From Terracidiphilus sp. (GTDB lineage: Bacteria; Acidobacteriota; Terriglobia; Terriglobales; Acidobacteriaceae), in contig DATFSO010000150.1 in assembly GCA_035262585.1 (NCBI GenBank), positions 2,760 to 66,759 of the forward strand: a DNA stretch of 64,000 bases. Direction: 5' to 3'. Below, piece by piece: positions 57,750-64,000 of this stretch. A program made the position numbers and the translations under genes. Positions within the stretch are counted from its first letter, which is position 1, and every line of letters begins with the position of its first letter. The notes under the pieces are model-generated. The model worked only from the letters and a program-made list of their open reading frames with translations. It ran no database searches and was not told where the DNA came from.

Positions 57750-58094
57750 TCAGACTTTTGCGAAGGTGAGCACGCGGGTGATTCCGGCAAACATCTTTTC
57801 GAAGCTGAGGATCTCCTTTTCGAGATGGCGGAGCCCGGCCTCCGTCACGCGATAGATGCGGGTGGGGCGGCCCTTGGCGGAGATTCCCTCTTCAGAGTCG
57901 AGCAGGCCCTCGCGAAGCATTCGTTGCAGCGCGGGGTAGAGAGAACCTTCCTCGATCTGGAGGAGGTTATCGGAGACCTGTTTGATGTGCTTGACCAATG
58001 CGTATCCGTGCATGGGTCGGTGCCTGAGCGACTCGAGAATCATGATCTCGAGCGCGCCTGGGAAGAGGTCGCGGGCTTCGGAGTTCTTGGCCAT
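57750..58094 (-). CDS. PadR regulator of the ADOP-associated type
   Basis: HGYAL, IEEGSLYPALQR; directly upstream of the ADOP gene. Confidence 0.93.
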   Translation of the reverse strand: MAKNSEARDLFPGALEIMILESLRHRPMHGYALVKHIKQVSDNLLQIEEGSLYPALQRMLREGLLDSEEGISAKGRPTRIYRVTEAGLRHLEKEILSFEKMFAGITRVLTFAKV

Positions 58095-58100
58095 GAAGAG

Positions 58101-58137
58101 ATAGTAGGCCAAGGATACCTATTTTGTAAATAGGTAT
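58101..58137 (-). promoter_or_regulatory. Promoter TTTACA-18-TACTAT with a perfect 10-bp inverted-repeat operator
   Basis: ATACCTATTT-TGT-AAATAGGTAT at 58115-58137; ATG 6 nt after the -10. Confidence 0.75.
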
Positions 58138-58314
58138 ATAAATCGAGGAGACCGGCTCGAAGATCGGCGGATCTGAAATTCGCCTTTACTTCCGACTGGA
58201 CCACCCAGGACCCTACTCCTCGTCAATGAGTTCATGGGCGATTTTGAGTCCCTCGGTTCAGCAGTGCTTCCGCGATGTCTCGCCGCATTGTCGGTCGGGC
58301 TTTGCCCAACAGGG

Positions 58315-60029
58315 TCACTGCTCTGAATCGTCGCCAGGGATTTCATCGATGAATTGCTCCAGCCGTGCGGTGTCTGTGTCGGTCCAGCCGTCCGGCGGCA
58401 CGACGCTCGCCCAACCCTTGACGTACTCCGTCGAGTAGTTGTGTCCGAAACCCGGCGGCACGTCGAGCTGATTGTACAGATCTCCTACCGCCTGCACGGC
58501 CGAGACGATGGGAAACCAACGCATGGCGTGAGGCACGTCGAAGCCGCGGGGCGGCGCCATCCATTCCGGTGGCCACCAAAGCGCCTTGCCATTCCAAAAG
58601 ACAGCTGGATCGCCCGGATGTTGAAGGTAAGCGATCCGCGGCGCTGGCCGGTCCGCATTCAATGCCGCTTGAGACGGATCCCGGTTCAAGAACCGGACGG
58701 AACGTCCTCCGTCGAAGATTGGCTGCCAGAAGGGCGACCCGCGATCGCGCTCGCGAGTCAGCTGCGAATGGATAGGGTTGCTTTGTTCGCTGCCGGCGAT
58801 GAGCGCGCCATCCGTCTGCGCCACCATATTCGCCACCGAGGAAGATGCGTCCACCCCCACAAAGGGCGCTTCCACTCCCGCGGCGCCGAGGCTCTTGCCG
58901 AACAGCAGAAGCTTCGGCCGCCGATCCGGCGGGAGCTGTGACCACCGTGCGCGAACGGCGTTGAAGAGCGTGAGCCCCGCCTCGTTCGCGCGCCCAGCTT
59001 CCATGAAGACGGCGAGCAGGCTTGGCAGGAAAGAGTATTGGATCGCAACGATCGCAGTGTCGCCGCGGTAAAGCTGCTCGAGCGAAGCCGTGGCTTTGGG
59101 GACCATCCAGCCCGTGCCGGTGGGCACCCACACGACCAGCACTTTCCGATCAAACCCGCCGGCTCGCTCGAGCTCACGGACCGCAAGCTGCGCGAGCTTC
59201 TCCGCGGAGTCCGCAGAACGCACCCCTACGTAAACCCTCACTGGGCAACGAGCTCGGCATCGACACCGTGGAACATCTTCAGCTCCTGCGCGCTTGTGGC
59301 TGTTGCCACGAAGTCGCGACCCATGCGACCCAGCGTGTCCCATGCAACGAGTGACGCGGGGCTGCCGGACACAGTTGAGGATTTGGGCGCCACGATTCCC
59401 ACGTCCGTTTCCTCGTTTCTCGACGCGTTGACAGAGTTAACGGCCGCGGTGAGGGCACGAAGCGCGATTCCGCGACCGAGCGCGATGCCAATCACGACTA
59501 CGAGCAGTGCTGTTGCCGGCACCGACACGATCGTCGGCACGTTGGCTTGGATGAATCGTTTGCCTGCGGCAACACCCTGGGCGATTACCCGCCCGACGAC
59601 CACCAGCAAGACTCCGGCGAACGGCGACAGCGCGCTGATAAGCACTCCGTCCAGCCAGATCACGGGTGCCATCCCCATGAAGCTGCGTTGCTCGTTTTGC
59701 CAGCCAAGCCATCGCGTCGCGCCGAGGACAATCGCAACGAGCCAGGCCGCTGACAGCACGATACAGCCACGCCGGCCTATCACATTGCCGGGCGAGTGCC
59801 TCCGCCATTTGAGAAACCGGTGCGCCCCACGGCCGCCCAACGTGCCGATCCCGTAGCCAATGGCTAGACAGATCGCCCCGATCCCAGTCTGCATTTGCCA
59901 CGACCGCGGAATCAGCGTTGGCGTCAGAGACTGCCACCAGAACAAAAGCGCGGGCAACGAACCGCTGAGTGTCGGCGTTCCGAGCGCGCCTCGGCGCTCA
60001 GCTGCTACTGCCTTTTCGGAGTTCTGCAT
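58315..60029 (-). pseudogene. Membrane alpha/beta-hydrolase family protein (Abhydrolase_9-like), frameshifted at about 59244
   Basis: N-part ends HGVDAELVAQ*; C-part in another frame reads PVRVYVG..VPTGTGW..AIQYSFLPS..GKSLG. One extra C restores VAPVRVY. Confidence 0.75.
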
Positions 60030-60239
60030 GGGCGCCAGCCACCACATCTGCGGTCCAGGCGAAGGCGCTTATCAGCTATTCGCATTCACGTGCACGATCC
60101 GGTAACCGCAATTGACTTGAAGAATACATCCGAGCCAGCATTGTGGGCGGATGGCCGATTTTCATCCATATGGGTGGGTCGAAGACCCATGCGTAACTCG
60201 GAAAGTAATGGCAACTGGGTCGGGCGAAGAGCCGAAGGG

Positions 60240-60273
60240 AACTGCGGGTTCCTCTGCTCCGGTCGGAATAACA
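60240..60273. repeat. Solo arm of the 40992-41172 element family
   Basis: Reverse complement tgttattccgaccggagcagaggaacccgcagtt. Confidence 0.65.
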
Positions 60274-60348
60274 CCCGGTTAATAGCAGGCGGCCCATCGT
60301 TGATCCGATGCGGATGGCCGCTGATTCAGAAATAAGGCCGAAATGGCT

Positions 60349-62145
60349 TCACTTCCCACCAGACTTCTGGCTGGCGATCCAGGCGGTGATGCGCTCGTCG
60401 AGAACGTCGAGGGGCAGAGCACCGGAGTCGATGACCTGATCGTGAAACGCGCGAATGTCGAATTTGTCGCCGAGTTCTTTCTGTGCGCGAGCGCGAAGTT
60501 CGAGAATTTTGAGCTGGCCGATCTTGTACGCCAGCGCCTGGCTGGGCCATGCGATGTAGCGATCGACTTCGGCCTGGATGCTGGTCTCGTCGATGGACGA
60601 GTGATCGTGGAAGAAGTCGACCATCTGCTGGCGGGTCCAGTGCTTCGAGTGCACGCCGGTGTCGACGACGAGGCGGATGGCGCGCCAGATGTCGCCCTCG
60701 AGCCGGCCGTAGTCGGTGTAGGGGTCCTGGTAGAAACCGACATCCTTGCCGAGACGTTCTGCGTAGAGTCCCCAGCCTTCCGCGAAGGCGGTGTAGCCTT
60801 CGAACTTGCGGAACTGGGGCACGTCTTGAAGCTCGCGCGAGATGGAAATTTGGAGGTGATGTCCGGGCAGGCCTTCGTGATAGCTCAGATCTTCGACCTG
60901 GTAGAGGTTTCGGGTCGTGGCGTTGTACGTGTCGATGCGCAGGCGTCCTGGACGGCTGCCGTCGGGCGCACCCGCTTCGTAATAGGCCGGAGCCGAGGTC
61001 TTTTCGAGAAAGTCAGGAACCGGGGCGACTTCAAACGGCGTCTTGGGCAGGTGGCCAAAGAGCGAGGGAAGCTTCGCCTGCATCGGGCCAAGATAGCCGC
61101 GTGCGGCATCGAGCAGCGCCTCTGCCGAGGCGGGGTGGAGCTTGGGGTTGGTTTTGAGACTCGCGTTGAAGCTTTTCAGGTCCTGGAAGCCGAGCTTCTT
61201 CGCGATCGCGAGCATCTCGGCCTCGTCCTTTTTCACTTCGTCGAGGCCGATCTGGTGAATCTGGTCGGCGGTCAGGTTGGTTGTGGTGGTGCGCCGGATC
61301 AGAAACTGGTAGTACCTCGCGCCGTCGGGAATCGCTGAGATGCCGGGCTCGGTGCGGCCTGCGGGAATATAAGTGACTTCGAGGAACCGCGCGAAGCGTC
61401 GGTAGGCGGGCAGCACGTCCTTGCTGATCGCTGCCAGCATCTCGGTCTTGATGCGGGTTTGTTCGGCTGCCGGGATCGAGGCAGGGAGCTTTTTGAGAGG
61501 GAGCGCCAGCGGCGAATCGTCGGGCTTCTGATTGGCGAGCTGCTTCACCTGTTCGAGGGTCTTCTCGAGCAGGTACTTCGGCGGGACTCGTTTCTCATCG
61601 ATGCCGAGGGAGATGTTCTCCGTGACCTGATCGAAGGCTTTGGGAATCTGATGAAGGCGCGCGATCCAATCGTCATAGTCTTTCGTCGTGGTGAAGCTGA
61701 GCTGCGCTACCAGTTGCGGATACTCCGCATAGATGCCACCCATCTGGTTGACCGGCATCTGCCATGACTTGAATTCCGCGGCCTCCTGGTTTTCGGTGAG
61801 GCGACGGATGAGCAGTTCGCGGCTGAGCTGGTCCTGATCGGAGAGCCCGGTGGCGTCGATGGCTGCGAGCTTCAGCAGGAAGTCCTGCTGGACGGCGAGC
61901 CAATCGTTGATGGCCTTGACGGAGTAGTCGGAGATTTGGTCGTTGAAGCGCTTGTCGCCGATGGTGGAGGCGAACTCGGGTTGCCGTTTCAGGTTTTCTT
62001 CCCAGTAATCGTGGAAGAGACCGTGGAGAGCCTTGGCGCGATCTTCCGGAGGGGTTGGCCCGGGCGCCGACGCCGTGAGCTGGCCCGGAGCCGTTGCAGG
62101 AACAACGAAGAACGCCGCAAGCGAGAGCAGAAAAAGCTTTTTCAC
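60349..62145 (-). CDS. DUF885 family exported protein
   Basis: Signal peptide; YHEGLPGHHLQ, AFAEGWGLYAE, QALAYKIG. Confidence 0.9.
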   Translation of the reverse strand: MKKLFLLSLAAFFVVPATAPGQLTASAPGPTPPEDRAKALHGLFHDYWEENLKRQPEFASTIGDKRFNDQISDYSVKAINDWLAVQQDFLLKLAAIDATGLSDQDQLSRELLIRRLTENQEAAEFKSWQMPVNQMGGIYAEYPQLVAQLSFTTTKDYDDWIARLHQIPKAFDQVTENISLGIDEKRVPPKYLLEKTLEQVKQLANQKPDDSPLALPLKKLPASIPAAEQTRIKTEMLAAISKDVLPAYRRFARFLEVTYIPAGRTEPGISAIPDGARYYQFLIRRTTTTNLTADQIHQIGLDEVKKDEAEMLAIAKKLGFQDLKSFNASLKTNPKLHPASAEALLDAARGYLGPMQAKLPSLFGHLPKTPFEVAPVPDFLEKTSAPAYYEAGAPDGSRPGRLRIDTYNATTRNLYQVEDLSYHEGLPGHHLQISISRELQDVPQFRKFEGYTAFAEGWGLYAERLGKDVGFYQDPYTDYGRLEGDIWRAIRLVVDTGVHSKHWTRQQMVDFFHDHSSIDETSIQAEVDRYIAWPSQALAYKIGQLKILELRARAQKELGDKFDIRAFHDQVIDSGALPLDVLDERITAWIASQKSGGK

Positions 62146-62231
62146 GATGAGAATCCTGTGAGGCTACGATGGCAAAAGAGAGCCGATGCGATTGAGTGTA
62201 GTGGATCGGGGAGAGGTCGCGTCCATAGAGA

Positions 62232-62491
62232 TCAAGCCGACGGCCACCAGGCCGTAGACAGACAGTTCTGCGCAACGTCAGGGATTGTAGCGCAGTGATG
62301 GGATGAGCTGAGAAAAGCAACCGCGGAATTTTTCGGCTCCGGCAGCTGGCGCGCAGTCTTCTTTTTATTGCCGTTGTTCAGGTCCAGAACATCGTTCACG
62401 TAGCCGAGGATGAGGGAATCGAAGTCGAAGACCTGCACAGCGGGGCACAGGCGTTGACTGCGTGCGACAGGAAAGAAGTCGAATTCTGCAT
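62232..62491 (-). pseudogene. Degenerate Fis-like HTH gene
   Basis: GAGG-led ATG at 62491; one more C at 62442-62445 would join it to VFDFDSLILGYVNDVLDLNNGNKKKTARQL; no recognisable recognition helix follows. Confidence 0.45.
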
Positions 62492-62585
62492 GGTACGCCT
62501 CGCTTCTTCGTGAATCGGTGCAGGAGGATTCATCGGCAGGGAGCGAGGAAACGCGAGGTGGGAGCTGCGGTCGTTAATCCCGCTT

Positions 62586-62654
62586 GGTCGGAATGACCGG
62601 GGAGGTTGGCGGGTCTGTTGGTTCCCACCCTTGACTTTCGTCAAGGATGGGGCA
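62586..62654. repeat. GGTCGGAATGAC arm plus a CCCACCCTTGAC-TTTC-GTCAAGGATGGGGC palindrome
   Basis: Matches the families at 41157-41172 and 50498-50530. Confidence 0.7.
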
Positions 62655-62691
62655 AGCGAAGGACGACGGATTTTGTGAAGGAGTCCGACCG

Positions 62692-63447
62692 CTATTTGCG
62701 GAAGCGCTTGGAGGGTTCGTCGGAGTAGATCTGGCCGTCGCGGATGTGGACGACGCGGTGCGCGTAGTCGGCGATGTCGGGCTCGTGGGTGACGAGGACG
62801 ATGGTGTTGCCCTTGGCCTGCAGCTGATCGAAGAGGGACATGATCTCAATGCCGGTCTTGGAGTCGAGGTTCCCGGTAGGCTCGTCGGCCAGGATGATGG
62901 AGGGGCTGTTCACCAATGCCCGTGCAATCGCGACGCGCTGCCGCTGCCCACCCGAGAGTTCGTTCGGCTTATGATTCATGCGCGTCTCGAGGCCGACGTT
63001 GATGAGCGACTGCTTGGCGCGTTCGATACGCTCGGCTGCCGGAGTTCCGTTGTAGATGAGCGGCAATTCGACGTTGTGCAGCGAGGTTGCACGCGACAGC
63101 AGGTTGAAGGTCTGAAAGACGAAACCTATTTCCTTGTTGCGGATGCGCGCGAGCTCGTCGTCATCCAGTTCGCTGACGAGCTGTCCGTTGAGCCAGTACT
63201 TGCCTTTCGAAGGCGTGTCGAGGCAGCCGATGAGGTTCATGAGCGTGGACTTGCCGGAACCCGACGGTCCCATGATGGCGACGTATTCGTTCTGCTTGAT
63301 GCGGAGATTGACGCCGCGCAGAGCATGCACCTGCTGCTCGGAGCCCATGTCGTAGGTGCGCCACAGGTCCTCAACGACAATCATGTCGCCGTTGGGCCCA
63401 GAGGATTGCTGCCTTTCCACCTCGGAGATGACGCTGTTCAATGCCAT
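62692..63447 (-). CDS. MacB/LolD-type ABC transporter ATP-binding protein
   Basis: [37 protein letters not shown]. Confidence 0.93.
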   Translation of the reverse strand: MALNSVISEVERQQSSGPNGDMIVVEDLWRTYDMGSEQQVHALRGVNLRIKQNEYVAIMGPSGSGKSTLMNLIGCLDTPSKGKYWLNGQLVSELDDDELARIRNKEIGFVFQTFNLLSRATSLHNVELPLIYNGTPAAERIERAKQSLINVGLETRMNHKPNELSGGQRQRVAIARALVNSPSIILADEPTGNLDSKTGIEIMSLFDQLQAKGNTIVLVTHEPDIADYAHRVVHIRDGQIYSDEPSKRFRK

Positions 63448-63516
63448 GAATTCCTCATCCTTTGCTGCTCGAATCTGCGCGCTGGGTGTGTCTTTCGGTT
63501 TTGCTTCTTGAGCCTG

Positions 63517-63551
63517 GGTGACCCAGGCCACCCGAATTTGGAGACCCGGGA
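63517..63551. repeat. Copy of the 20281-20315 palindromic element
   Basis: 29/35 identity in reverse orientation. Confidence 0.7.
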
Positions 63552-63575
63552 AACCGCGAACCCACGCAGTTGCGC

Positions 63576-64000
63576 CTAGCTCTTTGATGCCGGCGGCGTC
63601 GCTGGACTCTTGTCCTTCTTGAGCAGTGCGCCATTCTTGAGCGCACGCAGAGTCTTGTAAGGACCGATCACGATCTCATCTCCCTGCTTGAGTCCGCTTA
63701 CTACTTCGATGTCGGTTGCACCCGTGATTCCGGTCGTTACCGGGACAAACTTGGCGCGCTGCTTCCCGTGCGCATCCTTTTCGACGACGTAGACACCCTG
63801 CACGGGAGCCGTCTTCGCGTTGGACGATACGGATGCTGCTTCGACGTTTCCGCTGCTGGTGGGGGCGGGCGGCGTAAACATCGTCAGAGCCTGGATCGGC
63901 AGCGAGAGAACATTCGATTTCTGCGCGGTCGTGACCTTTGCTGTGGTCGAGAGCCCGGGGCGCAACTCATCGGACGGCTGGTCAAGGGTGACGACAACCT
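63576..64000 (-). CDS. Efflux RND/MacA-type periplasmic adaptor subunit (C-terminal part; runs off the window end)
   Basis: [41 protein letters not shown]. Confidence 0.88.
   Translation of the reverse strand, partial: VVVTLDQPSDELRPGLSTTAKVTTAQKSNVLSLPIQALTMFTPPAPTSSGNVEAASVSSNAKTAPVQGVYVVEKDAHGKQRAKFVPVTTGITGATDIEVVSGLKQGDEIVIGPYKTLRALKNGALLKKDKSPATPPASKS

Noticed and set aside
60060-60340. Multi-hairpin region and 73-aa ORF 60076-60297 upstream of the hydrolase
   Set aside because: Part is a REP-like arm; the rest are short independent hairpins with no recognisable riboswitch core, and the ORF looks random.

Overview
This is a GC-rich bacterial chromosomal window, most likely Acidobacteriaceae. 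That call is an inference from the ADOP permease/PadR pair, the DUF885 gene, a Tat-exported GH2 and the style of the intergenic repeats. It holds about 55 mostly housekeeping or accessory CDSs, including lctP (partial), a GH2 glycosidase, nadK, a sigma-54 two-component system, an ABC-F protein, mobA, nadE, purC, smc, oxyR-katG, recQ, two cyclophilins, xfp-ackA, proC and an efflux ABC/MFP pair (partial), plus tRNA-Ser(GGA). I found no integrase, transposase, prophage, CRISPR array, reverse transcriptase or defence system. The unexplained signal lies between genes. (1) A strongly RBS-led 56-codon ORF split by an in-frame Pro-UGA, with a structured leader, lies upstream of a YbaK/ProX-family tRNA deacylase. 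(2) A ~140-250 nt structured RNA candidate sits next to purC, and a second rod-like RNA lies behind tRNA-Ser. (3) Two PadR promoters are covered by perfect palindromic operators. (4) Several genes show a leaderless -10/start signature. (5) SMC carries a ~85-aa acidic insertion in its head. (6) A modular set of heptamer and REP-like repeats has invaded coding sequences. (7) Three genes are broken by frameshifts. All product calls come from by-eye motif recognition and all folds were paired by hand; no searches were run.
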